This document shows, one piece after another, positions 12,708 to 26,200 of a stretch of DNA of 64,000 nucleotides. The DNA is taken from contig OZ210884.1 of assembly GCA_964658305.1 (NCBI GenBank), forward strand, positions 1,798,001 through 1,862,000, in the 5' to 3' direction. Made by a program: the position numbers and the translations under genes. The notes under the pieces are model-generated. The model saw nothing but the letters and a program-made list of their open reading frames with translations, ran no database searches and was not told where the DNA came from. Position 1 is the stretch's first letter. Each line of letters opens with the position of its first letter. Origin of the DNA: Leptogorgia sarmentosa. Taxonomy: Eukaryota.

Positions 12708-15700
12708 ATGACTGGCTTTGTTTTCGTGATTATTTTTGGTCTCAGTTCTTCGCTGTTTTCGTGTGAAGGTAACAGTTTAAAAGAGTAAAACATTCCAGAG
12801 GCGCACAGTGAACATCACAATTTATATTCGATAATAACTGCATAATCATTATTTCAAACCCGTGATCTATTTGATTGTTCCTTTTAACTTAAAACCCCTT
12901 GGATTCGTCTGTTGTTTAGGGAAAGTCTTTTCTCCGTCTGCTGGGACCAGCATGTATTTTTTACGAGAATCGACTGGGAAAATAGTGTGGTCATTCGATG
13001 ATATTATAACCACACTGAGTCGTCGAACATGGAGTTTTACATCAAGTGACGGTAAACATCGCGCGTTTGCTCTTGCAATAATTGATGGTAATGGAGGCGT
13101 TCAGAAACTCACGGACTTATTTGAGTTTGCAATAGAAAAGCCAGCAACTTTGGTTCTAAAAAACGTCAATCTAACTTACGAAGGAACATACCAGTTTGCT
13201 GTGTTACCTAGCGTTGGTGTTGGTTCATCTGATGTTGACGTTTTTATTACAGGCAAGTTTTTAATTAGCAGTATTTCCTCCATTTATTTCCCGGGGGTCA
13301 GATTTATTTTTGAGCTTTGAGGTGGGGGCTTATTAGGAGGGGAGCTAAATAGAGTGTGCATGGGGAGTTGATGAATTCACCCGAATTTAGTGCAGTAAAT
13401 ATGCCAATTCACACAACAGGAGCTTCTACGTCAATTTGTATTAAAATGCACTCAATCAAGTACATATGTATTTATTTATAGAGTCAATATTATTGCATTT
13501 TGTATAATACTACATTCTGTTCTTCACCGTTGTCATCAACGAGAAGTTCGAGAGAGTCCCATGTTCAGACACATTTTCTCTTCTATTATTGAAATATCAA
13601 AACCAACATCCTGTACATTCTTTTATACTTAATACTTTCCAGTCACAAAAAAAGGGGCTTAATGGAGGGTGCAGGCTTATTTTCCTCTGCTAGTTTTCAA
13701 GTGGGGGCTAATTAAAATGAGCAGCAAAATAAAGGAAACACCGTATGTCAATTTTAGCTTTTCAATAAACAATATACATTGTGATTGACTGGTGCCCAGC
13801 TGGAAATTAAATGGTATATGCATGACCAAGTATATCCTGGAAAATTAGGGTCAATCGTCGACGTGTCCCCGTGCAACAACTTTCACTATAAAATTTCAAC
13901 GATTGAAAATTCAATCTATTTTTCCGTAAGAACAATCTCTTTGGGATTGTTTTTACGGACCAAACTTTTTCTATTGAAAATCAATTCTATGGGCGATTAA
14001 AAGAAAAATCAGAGCGAGTCTAAAAGAGTGATTTTTCAATGTTTTAAATGAGATAAAGTCAGAAAAAATCTCTGTCAGGTTCAAAAACACAGTGTTCATT
14101 AAGCATTAATTTCCTTGTATAACCGGTCAATTAGCTTCCTAACAAGACGATGAAAGTCTTAAAATGACCTGTGGATTATGCATTAAATAAAGTATATATG
14201 GGTACGCATTGTGCGTTCATGCGTGTACGTTGGTTTACAGCTTGCGATAAATAAATTTAGGACACCGCGGATATAGTGAATGTATAAATTATACTTTTTT
14301 CATTCGAAGTCAAAATGGTAAACATTATATTTTAAAACGGTAAACATTTTGAATGATTGAATGAAATTATTGTATATCATAGTCTTCATGTAAATGGAGT
14401 AAATTTAATGTTCTGCCGAAATACGTGTGTCCTTTCCTTATCTGTTTTTCACACAGAAGAAATTGAGGTGTGATGTGAATAGAGGAGAGTGCCCACGGTA
14501 ATGGACGTATATGTGAGGACCGGACCCTGCCCTCGTTGGCAAGACATAAAAAATCGATCATGAGTCGGATCGAATCATATATGCTTTTTAATTATAAATT
14601 GTAATTTTAAAATTATTGGTGATATACCTAGGCAGTTTAAAAACTGAATTGCGTATTTAGAAAACTAAAGTATAAAAAAGCAAAATGGTCAGTAACATGG
14701 GCGTACGGGCTCTATCTTTTTTGAATGGGCACATTATTTTTTGCCCGACAGTACCGGCGGAACGACATTTGAAGTTGTGGGGGGGGGGGGAGCTGACATA
14801 TAGTGGGGGACGAAACTGACGAGCCGCCACCATGGTTGGTGCCGAGCGAGAAAATTTTGAAGTCTCTAGATCGTCGTTTTCGGGGTGTCATATTATACCT
14901 CTTTCGTTATGTAATACATATTCGATCTGAAATACTTGTGTTTTGGAATTGGAATACTTCATATAGGATGTTTTAGAGGATAATGATTTTCATAGTATTA
15001 TTCATGCTATATTTCAAATAAAGTTGATATTTTATCAACTATGAACGACACTTGAATTTGAGCCCAATTGCCCGACCGTGTAACGTTGGGGGGATGGGTG
15101 GGAATGTGCCCTCCCCGGCCCGTACGCCCATGGTCAGTGGCGTGGTGGCTGGGAAATTTCAAGAGGGGCCAATGTGAAATTTAGCGCCCCTAAGAATTAT
15201 GCCAAACTGGTGCCCCTTCTTCAAGAAAATTAGTGACAGTGCAGACATCGAGTGCCGCAGACACGAGCGATCTAGATGGGGACTGGGGACATGCTCTCCC
15301 AACAACTTTTTAAATTCTGGGTCTCCGAAATTTCAGAATTTAAAATTAGACAGGCCCTTCGTGGTGATTTTGGCGCCCCACCGGCTTTTCAGCGTCCCTG
15401 TTGGAAAGTGGAAACCTCGCTTGAAGGCTTTGAACCCCGCCCCCCCAGCCACCACGCCACTGCCAATGGTCTGTTACTGCAATTGGAGATGTCCAAACGC
15501 CTACAAAACGCTTATAAAATACAACGCTTTAGTTAAGAATTTTTAGGCACTGATTAAGATTTATGACGCAGAAGTCAAATAATACGTAAAGAAGAAAGTA
15601 TACATACATAATGCGCTCTAAATGTTTTCAGTTTTGAGTTACTTTCTATACTGCTACCCATAACATAATTTTATTGATTCTGTTTCAGTAACGCCAATAA

Positions 15701-17240
15701 TGGTGGAAGTTGATAGCTCCAGTCCCTACACAATAAATGCAACGGAAAACTACACGTGTGTCTGTAAAGCATCAGGCGGACGCCGTCCTATAAACGTCAC
15801 GTGGTTTAAAGGAAAAGAACAAATCCGTGAATCAAGAAAAGGAGAACAAACATTACGTCTTAATAATGTTGGTAGAGACCACAATGGGACATACAGATGT
15901 GAAGCCAAAAGTCATGACACGGCAATTAATATAACAGAAATTGAATTGATAGTTAATTGTGAGTATTTGACGTGATCAAATAAGAAACTACATATTTTGA
16001 AACCTACATATTGCATCTCTCCAATGAAAAAGTCTTCACTTCTTTATTTAATGATAGTTGCTCCCTCCCCTTGAGAAAATAAAATTGACGCCGCGCCACA
16101 GCTTGCATGCATTACCAAATCGTCATGTGGTCCATATAGTCCTTCCTCGTATGATTCTATAAGATGGTTGACTTACTTGCATGCTTATTGCACAATATAC
16201 TCACACCGTAATTAATGGCTTCAAAATAACTTCTATCGATAAAAACAGTCGAATCAAATAAATCAATTAAAGTAATATTTGCCATATATATGTGTAATAT
16301 AATCAAAACGACAGGACAAACATTAGAAATTATTTTCGTTCCTCAGATCCACCTGAAGATGTAAAGTTGACGTTGACACACATAGGTAGTTCAGCGACTT
16401 TGAAATGTTCAGCCGAAGCTCAGCCTACAGCAAGTTTTCAAATATTTCTCAATGAAATTATGTTAATCAAAAGCGAGAGAACCTATACCATACCTGAAGT
16501 ATCCATCGGTCATGTTGGGAATTATACGTGTGTCGCTGAGAATTTTTTGGGAAGCAAAACGTCTGAATATTTATCACTTAAAGGTAATCTATGAGGACGA
16601 CTGATTGTATGAATATTTTAGTACGAAATAGATTCATGCACCGACAAATTTACTGTATGAACACTCGTTTTAGATCGCATTCTTATTGCTAGTTGTTTTA
16701 TTATGAAAATAGGACCATTAGCAACAGATCCAACAACAGTATCAAGTGAAAAAATGGTGAGAACGACAAGGAGTGTAAACGAAACAGGTAATCGTTTATC
16801 TCTGGCACTGTTGTAGAAAATTCACCCAATATTATATCTAATTGTTTTCTTGCCTACCCCTTGTTATATATCAATAGCCGCCATGTGTCTGACTTTTAGA
16901 CAGAGCAGCGTCAAAGAACACAAGTTGTCAAACTGAATGGTATACAGTTGTAGTTACATTGCTGGCTGGCATTATTATTGGGATTCTTTTCTCCTACATT
17001 TTCTCCTGTTCCCGTCGTAAATTTAGAAGAAAAAACCCACAATCGAGCTCCGAACCACAGATAACTGGAGTTGACCAAACGTACCAAGAACTAGATCTTA
17101 CAAAAATGAACAAAGAAGATAATTATCAATCATTGAGAGTGAATGCTGCAAGTTATAATGTTGCAAATGATGAAGACTCTAATTATGCTGAATTAAGCAA
17201 AGCCAGAGATGTAGAGAGTAACTATCAATCTTTAACTTGA
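12708..17240 (+). CDS. Type I transmembrane immunoglobulin-superfamily receptor (3 Ig domains, ITAM/ITIM-like tail), 438 aa
   Basis: Exons 12708-12768 (signal peptide MTGFVFVIIFGLSSSLFSCEG), 12920-13252 (V-like Ig, no Cys; GC donor), 15689-15958 (Ig, C..W..YRC), 16347-16583 (Ig, C...YTC), 16713-16787 (Thr-rich stalk), 16900-17240 (TM WYTVVVTLLAGIIIGILFSYIF, basic stop-transfer, Tyr tail). All introns phase 1; 1317 nt open frame. Confidence 0.9.
14696..15132. mobile_element. hAT-like MITE in intron 2 of the Ig gene
   Basis: TIR CATGGGCGTACGGGC / GCCCGTACGCCCATG; flanks GTCAGTAA and GTCAGT, the right one overlapped by the adjacent element. Confidence 0.7.
15135..15462. mobile_element. hAT-like MITE inserted at the end of the previous MITE
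   Basis: 19-bp TIR CAGTGGCGTGGTGGCTGGG / CCCAGCCACCACGCCACTG; 8-bp flanks CCCATGGT / CCAATGGT (7/8). Confidence 0.75.
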
Positions 17241-17965
17241 ACCAATATACTGTATATATGACCTTACCACTACAGGCTGTTTCATCAAAGGGAATCTTCA
17301 GGTGGAATATATAATATGCATAATGCATATCTAGGATTTTTCGTGCGTTAGTAAAAATTCTGTGACGTCATATGTCTTGATGACGTAGTGATGACGTCAT
17401 GACGGTAGTCTCATATGATCAAGCAACAGGCGCAGATAATAAGTGTATATGTATATTCTATATGCTATGCTATATGCTACTACGCGCGCGTAAGTAGCGT
17501 AATTTATGCAAATGACAGTGCATGTTTTAACATAAAGCACATTCTTTCGGTTCACCATTTTCCATAATCCAACCATGCTCTAATCGTAATTCATATCCAA
17601 CGCTGTCAAATTTCGCTACTCAGCCTTGAAGTGTTCACTTCACCTCAAAAGATCAAAATTAATTTAGAAGACAAAGGTGACAAATTTATTATCTTTATAG
17701 TCAGAAAGTAACGAATATATAGCGAAATCAACATTTCATCGGCTGCGATGAAACGTTTCATCATTTTCGCAATAACTAATAAAAATTAATAAATGTGCAT
17801 GTTTCAACTGAAGCTTTCTTAAAAAAATGCAGAACAGAAAAATTGCAAATATTCCAAGAAAAAAAAATTCCGTAGCCGTAGTTAGATTTAGTAACCGTTG
17901 CCGTAAAGTTAGTTCCCTCGAACTGTACCGTCAAACTACCGTCATGCTCAGCGGGTATTGACTAC

Positions 17966-17978
17966 TGTTGTTGTTGCT

Positions 17979-18009
<31 letters not shown>

Positions 18010-18015
18010 TTGTTG
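17966..18015. repeat. (GTT/GTC)n microsatellite
   Basis: Imperfect trinucleotide run seen directly. Confidence 0.9.
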
Positions 18016-21000
18016 AACATCTGATGGAATGAAGCAACACTTCTAGACTATTCGCATGTTTATAAGCCAGCAAGCATGCATGCATAGATAAGTGGCCATG
18101 CAGAATTATTGATCATTTAGCCTCTTCCTGAGATTTTTTATTTTGTTAGAAGCCCTTCATCGGATACGCCTAAATTTTCTATGAATTTTGAGATTTCTTT
18201 CATGCTGTTAACGGCTTTTATCTTTGATATATAAGCGTCCATGTCTGTCAATATTCAGTGGGTAGCAATCTGGATCTAACTGTTTTGTTTTGAACGGTGC
18301 GCGTCGGTTTTTTGTATCTGCGTAGCAGACATATTGCTATCGAGTTGTTAGCTGTTAACTGTTAGCTTGCAGCCAATCAGGGAATTCGTTAGTTAAATCT
18401 GATTCAATTTAGCCAATAGACGACAACGTAACATTGAGATAACGTAATTCTCACTGAGCATCTCGCAAAACCGTACGCGTGAAGGTGTGTTTTCAGGCTA
18501 CAAATATGGCGACTGCTCTGAAGAGCGAAGTCGGACAGTGGTGATGTGTTTGATCGTGGATTTTGTTTCGCATGAATAGCCAGATAAAAAGAAAATATAA
18601 TGTTCGCAGCGACGAGTGACTTCAGTGAAATAGAGGTTAATTTATGAGCGTTTACGCCGTTTAGAACACTATTTATACTAAGGAAATTTATACGCAAAAA
18701 TATCATGACGCAAATTGCAGACATTGGCATTGCTTTTAAAGATATTAATTAAAGAGGTTCGCGTTCGCTATGCAATTTAGATCATCAAAGCAAAAATATC
18801 ATGACGCAATTTATACAATTGAACACAGCGAATATTTAAGGTTATGAAAGAGTTTAATGTCTTGACACAATTGCGCGTATATTTTCCCTACGATACTTTA
18901 GCGTGTCGGCACTGACGCACTGACACACTGTACATGTTTGGACTGCCCGCGGTGTCATTGTGATCACGGAATATCTACTATATTTTGACGCTTCGCCATA
19001 CAGAATGGTTGAAACATTCAATCCCACGAAAATAGATTTTGTAGCTTGTAATAAAACGGGTTTGTGCGTTTATTAAGCGCGAGACAAAACAAACGAAATC
19101 ATATAGTTTCAAGTATTCTGTTTTGAACCTACGCGCAATGCGCATACCGATCATACATACACTTTAGCGTCTACGCAAATGCGCATGAATGGACGGAATA
19201 TATTGTATATAAATATATTATTATGATACGGTATTGAAAAGGGTAAATTTGGTTTTTAGAGAGCCACATTTTTCACAAACAATCGCAAAGCGCTGTGACT
19301 ATCTATTTTAAAGACGCAATAACATAAAATGCAATATCATATGTCGTCAAGTTTCAATTCCTTATGCAATTTGATATATGATCGCGGGAATTCCGAAATG
19401 CGAGATAGTCATGAAAGCTTATATCAAGTATTGAATACGTCTCCGCACAACCTCACGTCTTGAAAGGAATTAGTATTTGCGCTAATCGCCTATTCCCTAG
19501 CAGTAAACCATTTTATACATGCAAGATCGCCTATTAGGGACAGATAAGATGCGTGTATCGAAAAGCTGAAAACAAATAAGACTTGATCATCAAGCTACAT
19601 AGGCGCAGATACATGTACACTTTGTGTACCTATTTTTATTGTGGTTATAAAGTGCGTATTTATAAAACCAGTTTAACCGGTTGATGTGTATAATACACAA
19701 GCTGCATGCATGCCTTTGTTTTCTTACAAGTGAAAATATACCAGAAATACTTTTGGTGAAGAATCATTCAAATTATCTATGAGATATCGAGCTTAATAAT
19801 CTTGATGTCTAAAGTTGAACTCATCCTGAAGGTTTATTAGTTATAAAACTGGCTTCGCAATCAGAATATCAGGTTTATATTATACTAATATTCGGCATAA
19901 CTGCACTTAGATGTGCATAGTTTATATCAGTCTAAACGCATCTTGTCTCTGAAATATAATACCGTAAATGCAATTGCAAAAGAGATGAAAACAAATCGAT
20001 TGAGCATTATTATGTGAGCAACATGCATGTATGCGAGTAATTTTCTTAAACATTGGCGTATTATACGCATTTTAATGAACATCTGATGGAATGAAGCAAC
20101 ACTTCTAGAATGTTTGCATGTTTATATAAGCAAGCAAGCATGCATAGATAAGTGGGCATGCAGAATTATTGTACAGTAAGAGGAGTTCTTCTAGGAAGAT
20201 GGCAGGTAAAGCAGTTCCATCGCATCTTATACATCGCCTGTAAAGTCATTAGGAAACAACATATTAATTATAACATGCCTGTACACCTGCCTTACTGTAG
20301 ACCATTTTCTGCTCATCTAGATCTAATGATCCAAATGCTCTTCCACGAGAATAAGTCACAATGAATGAAAGACCTTTGTTTGATCTGCGAAATTTTTATA
20401 GAAAACTCAGAAGAGCTGTTACCGTGCTTAGATCTCATTCAGTTATAGACAAAAAGGCATGCTAAAGATATATCTTACGATATGGATCTCGTAACTATGT
20501 CTTGTAGACTCTAAAATTGCAGTTTTCTTTAAATATTGCGAGTGTCACATTTTTGAACATTTGTCAGACTAGTGGGAACTAATACCAGGACGAAAGTTGA
20601 TTCGAAGACGACGCATAAGGTTGCCATTTTCAACTGAACAAATCGCAAATAGTAGAGTTTGGTTTCGAATTGAGAGCCTTATTATTCAATGGTTTACGGG
20701 TTAGTCTTTAACTGCATCACCAAATTTGTAATTTTGCATGCCGTCGTGAAATAAATTTCACTCTTTTCCCTAAATATCTTGAATGCTCGTTTACTGTGTG
20801 GGATGGCGTGGGTAGACATCAGTAATAACACAGAAATTGCTGCGTATTGCATTGCATTAGTGTGTACAATACGGAATGTATTACCTAATATGGAATAGGA
20901 TTTTTCAGCAATTATGATTATTGCTCATTGTACTTGCAATACTCCAGTGAACATAAAGATGTTGTCATCTATATACACAAATGTGCTATCGGGTAGAATC

Positions 21001-23164
21001 TCAATGGCCCTCCAAGGTGCAGTCGGCCGTTATGTTGTTATCATATTTTAATCATGTTAATCCAGTGGGTATATTAGCTGGGCTTTCTTTCCTATTTAAG
21101 GTATTATCAAGAATGGTAGTGAAGAAATTAAAATTATCCTACCTTACTTTCAGTCTAAACAAATGGCTGAAAATTTTGAAAAAAAACTGCTGCTGGTAGA
21201 AATTGTCGGTTTGCTAAATTAAACAGTTGTGCATAAAAATATTCTATTGAATAAATGCGCGGTTATACATGCATATTCGAATGTATCTCTTCAAATTTCG
21301 TAAAATACGTTCATATCGCAGACGATAAATACGGTATAAGAACCTCTAGTGTATTATAATATTGCGGTACAGTTTTGCAATTTAGCTTTAGGTTTGGTCT
21401 TTGCTGATGTGCTATTCCTTCAAGTAGGTATTGCAGTAAGAGGAACGAAAATAATGGTTTATGTAATAATTGTGTTCATGAAGTTGTTTTTTCATGTAAT
21501 AATTGTGTTCTTTATTTCAGTTTAATAAAGCAAATTTGAAATTTTTTCATATCTTTCTTTACATTGTTGTTTGATTTCCTACAGTTCAACGTTTAAAATC
21601 AAGTGAGACCTACATATCAAACACTATTTATACCGGATGTTATGGCTAGGTATACAAATTTTGTTTTGAGAAGACGCAATTATGCATCTGAAAATGAAAG
21701 TACACTTCAACAGAAATTTTAACCATGTCTGAAATGACGTACTCTCCCCAGTCCCTCAAATGAATATTGTGTAACATTTTGCCATTGGTTTGAAAATTTT
21801 TATGTTTGTCGGAAAATTTTTCGGTTAGTCGGAAGTGGCAAATCGACTACGCACGACATATAATATATAAAGAATTTTTAGCTATATAAAAAATCTTATG
21901 ATCAAGTAAATATTAAATATTATTAATAAAACGAGGATGCGAAGAACCTATTTCAAAATTCCGACGAACCTTTGATGTAAAAGAATACGACAGAATATTG
22001 GCTTAAAATGGTTTTATTTCAAATGCGAAATTTGTGTAAAATAAAAAAATTATATAGTTTCTCTAAGTTAAAGCGTTTCACGTGAATATTTTATATCAAA
22101 TTTAAGTTCAATGACATTAGTGTGACATAATAATATTCTGCAAATTTAAAAATGATCAATAAAAACACGTTAAAAACTGATATATTTTGCCCTTATTTCC
22201 TCATTTTTTAAAAACACTATACCGAAAAGATACCGAATTTCCGTGTTGCTATTATAAAAATGTAACAGTACTTCATGTTGCTAGAATATAGCTGCACTAA
22301 GTTGAATGTAGTCATGCTACATTAGTAAGACGAGCGAAGGGTCGTTTCATGTATTTCATGTCAAGTGACAGTTGCAATGTACAATTGTGTCATTATGTTC
22401 GATTGTCACCTTTTTTCCAAAAAAAGCAGTGTTTCGCGTTGACGTCTGAGCGTGGTTTTTGCAAGGTACTTAGGGCTAAACCAGGCCAGGGTGAAAATTT
22501 ACTCACTGTTCTAACTTGTGTATTTGTTAATGCTTGTTCGCTTCCAAACTTTTAAGAAGAAAACGCTTATCTGTCCAGACGAAATTTCTGAAGAAATATT
22601 TCGAACCAACTGTTGGAGAATTTGTTTTGAATTTCAAGTTAACCGAGGGTTAAACTTAATCGGCTTTTGAACAACCGCGCAGCTGGTATGTAGTTGATAT
22701 AACGGATGATATAAGAACAATTTTGATCAACTAATACTACATGTAAGCCACTTACAGCATTTTCCCCTTGTAAAACACGAGGTTGTTTGCAAAGTGAGGT
22801 ATTTGTTGGAATTTAATATTTATTATGTTCGGAATTACTTTATTTATTCAAACTCGCTGTTTGAATCAGTGGAACATATCACATGACTTAAACCTTTTTT
22901 GATTACGAAAGTTAAGTTTATGGGCGGAGGTGAAAGAGAAACTGAATTATTATACTAGGCCTATCATACTTTAAGTTCAAAATGAAAATACTGTGAATTG
23001 AATTATAATGTGGGATTGTATAGCGGGTAAACATTTGGAGCAAACAAATGTTATCAGGCATATTGTTATGATTACCCGTCATTATGTAAAATATCCCTCA
23101 ACGCATGCATACCCACAAATTGTACAATATAATTCTTGGTAAGTCTTTTCTGGGAGGAACGAGC

Positions 23165-23170
23165 TATAAA
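23165..23170 (+). promoter_or_regulatory. TATA box of EGF-TM family copy B
   Basis: TATAAA 67 nt upstream of ATG 23232, conserved across paralogues. Confidence 0.55.
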
Positions 23171-23231
23171 TATCTTGCGTTATAGTGAACTCGGCAGATG
23201 ATAAATACGCAATCATTTGAATCTTATTATC

Positions 23232-26200
23232 ATGGCAAAAACAACATTCTTGTTTTTCTGTCTCGTTGGTATCTGCTGCATCGCAAATTTAAAGGCGGTG
23301 AAACCAGGAGGGTAAGAACTATAGCTATTTATTTATTGTACTCTACGTAGTGCATTACCTAAGATCAATCATTGCACATTTCACGCATTTTGAGGTTGGG
23401 TGTGTATATGGATCGTCGTAGCAGTAGATACGTGTACGGCGATTAAATTTTCATTACCTTTCCATCTTTTTCCCCAGCTCTTGTAGACTCTGTCACAATT
23501 ATTCGGTATTACGATGAAAATCTACACTTGAACGTTTTGATCGGGTCTTCGATTTAGATCTAAAATAGACATTATTTAGGGTCACCAAAACTATTTTGCA
23601 CAGCCAATATAGAGCCTATCACATAATTTTGACTTTTTGTGTATTTGAGGTGGCTTTCGAAGAGCGATTTTTCACATTAGTTTATCCCCAAAAGAAGCCA
23701 TAAAGCTTTCGAAATAGACACAGTCAGCATGAAAGTATAAGAGCGGTTAAGTGCAAGCAATTTGCTTTAAAAGGAAAGTTCGATCATCACACCAACTTCG
23801 ATTTCATGCACCAGCAATGTCGCACGAGCAATAATATACGCAGTACAGCTTCTTGCTTTTTTTAAAAAGTATACAGCGCCAGCAAAAGTGCATCATAATT
23901 GAATCAGCGTAGAAAAAACTTGATGCCTTAGAGTTATTGAATTTGTCGATTTACTTGGAATAAAAGTAATTTCGAGCATGGAGGAAGAAGAATTGATAGA
24001 TATTGAATTGCATGGGTACGAGCCTAGAAATATAGTTAAACTAATTTAAAGACTAACTAAAGGATGCCGTTAATTAGGGCTGTCCTTCCAGCGCCGCAAA
24101 ATCATTAAATTGAGAAACTTGAAAAGTACAGTTCAAATAGCATTAAAAGATAATTAACTATTACTCTGTTCATTTGTTCGTGTTTTCTAGATGGTGTTAC
24201 AATTTTTGTAATAATACAAAAACAAATATTAAATAAGCAGAATTAGGGAATAGGATTTCATTATAATTTAATTCGCAAAGAGACTTCTTTTATCTTATCT
24301 CAGGGTTTAGCGGCACCAAATATTCATATGAAAAGTAATATTGCATGATACGAAGGTAGTCATGCATAAGAAAACGAAAGTGTATCATGCGTCTTTAATG
24401 AGCTTCTTCCAAGAAAACGGATGGGGTCTCTTTCCAAGTAAATGCGTGTGATCGGCGAATAAGAAATTGAATTGGCAACTAGTCTAATAGGATTTTGTTC
24501 GCAGATGCTCTAAAATTTAACGTTAACTTTATAAATTTTACTACATTTTGGTGTGTAAATGCCTTTACGCAGTGTTTAAACAGTAATGCATGCAATCCCT
24601 AATTTACTTATGTAAATTATCTCTAATGACTTTTTGACAGTAATACCTTTTTCTGATGCTTTATTTTATACATTCAACCACCTACGAATACATAAACACG
24701 ACGAATATATTTGATGTTATGTATTGCTGTGTAAATGCCTTTAAGCAGTGGTAAAACAATCATGAAATGCTTATAATTTCCTAAGGTAAATTCTCTCCAA
24801 TGGCGTTTTGACAGTAATATTTCTTTCTAATCTTTTTTTCCCGGTTGCGTATATTAGCACCATCGTAAATGGAATCAAGCTCACATTAAGCTGGTTTGTT
24901 TGTGAGGATTCACTGTCAGTTTTATGTATAATTACAGCACAAAAGGCATGTTACATATATGGTCGTATGCTATGTGTTTCTATTTAAAAACAGTGCGTGT
25001 GGTTGTCGAAAGACAAATTGTCTAACAAACAAATGCAAATTGTCTTTGTTTCAGCTACTCGAATGTTCGCGTACACAAAGAGCGAAAACATTAGGATGCA
25101 GTCATGCATGCTCAGCAAAACGAAAGCATGAAATTCTTGCAGAACCTCTTCCAGGAAGGCAGTTAACTCGTTGTATATGCGATGGTAGAAAATTCGTATT
25201 GCCTTGCGCGGACCTGTTACTGTTTTGTATAGATTTTCCCCCCATGATAATTACGGTATCTCTCCCGCTTTTGTAGACATGATTTTCTATTCTACTTAGC
25301 TAAAGAATGTCTGCTATTCTCTTGTTATCAGTTGACAATTATAGCATCAGGTAGTCATGCATAAGAAAACGAAAGTGTATCATGCGTCTTTAATGAGCTT
25401 CTTCCAAGAAAACGGATGAAGTCTCTTTCCAAGTAAATGCGTGTGATCGGCGAATAAGAAATTGAATTGGCAACTAGTCTAATAGGATTTTGTTCGCAGA
25501 TGCTCTAAAATTTAACGTTAACTTTATAAATTTTACTACATTTTGGTGTGTAAATGCCTTTACGCAGTGTTTAAACAGTAATGCATGCAATCCCTAATTT
25601 GCTTATATAAATTATCTCTAATGTTTACTTTGTGACAGTAATACCTTTTTCTGATGCTTTATTATATACATTAAACCACCTACGAATACATACACACGAC
25701 GAATAGATTTGATGTCATGTATTAGTGTGTAAATGCCTTTAAGCAGTGGTAAAACAATCATGCAATGCTTATAATTTCCTAAGGTAAATTCTCTCCAATG
25801 GCGTTTTGACAGTAATATTTCTTTCTAATCTTTTTTTTCCCGGTTGCGCATATTAGCACCATCGTAAATGGAATCAAGCTCACATTGAACTTGTTTGTTT
25901 GTGAAGATTCGCTGTCAGTTTTATGTATAATTACAGCACAAAAGGCATATAATTACATATATGGTCGTATGCTATGTGTTTCTATTTAAAAACAGTGCGT
26001 GTGGCTGTCGAAAGACAAATTGTCTAACAAACAAGTGCAAATTGTCTTTGTTTCAGCTACTCGAATGTTCGCGTACACAATGAGCGAAAACATTAGGATG
26101 CAGTCATGCATGCTCAGCAAAACGAAAGCATGAAATTCTTGGAGAACCTCTTCCAGGAAGGCAATTAACTTAAATATTTAAATTTATTAACTCGTTGTAT

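Noticed and set aside
10198..12920. Possible use of orphan exon 1 (copy A) as an alternative leader for the Ig gene
   Set aside because: Its donor is phase 0 (phase 2 if the frameshift is corrected) whereas Ig exon 2 needs phase 1, and the Ig gene has its own signal-peptide exon.
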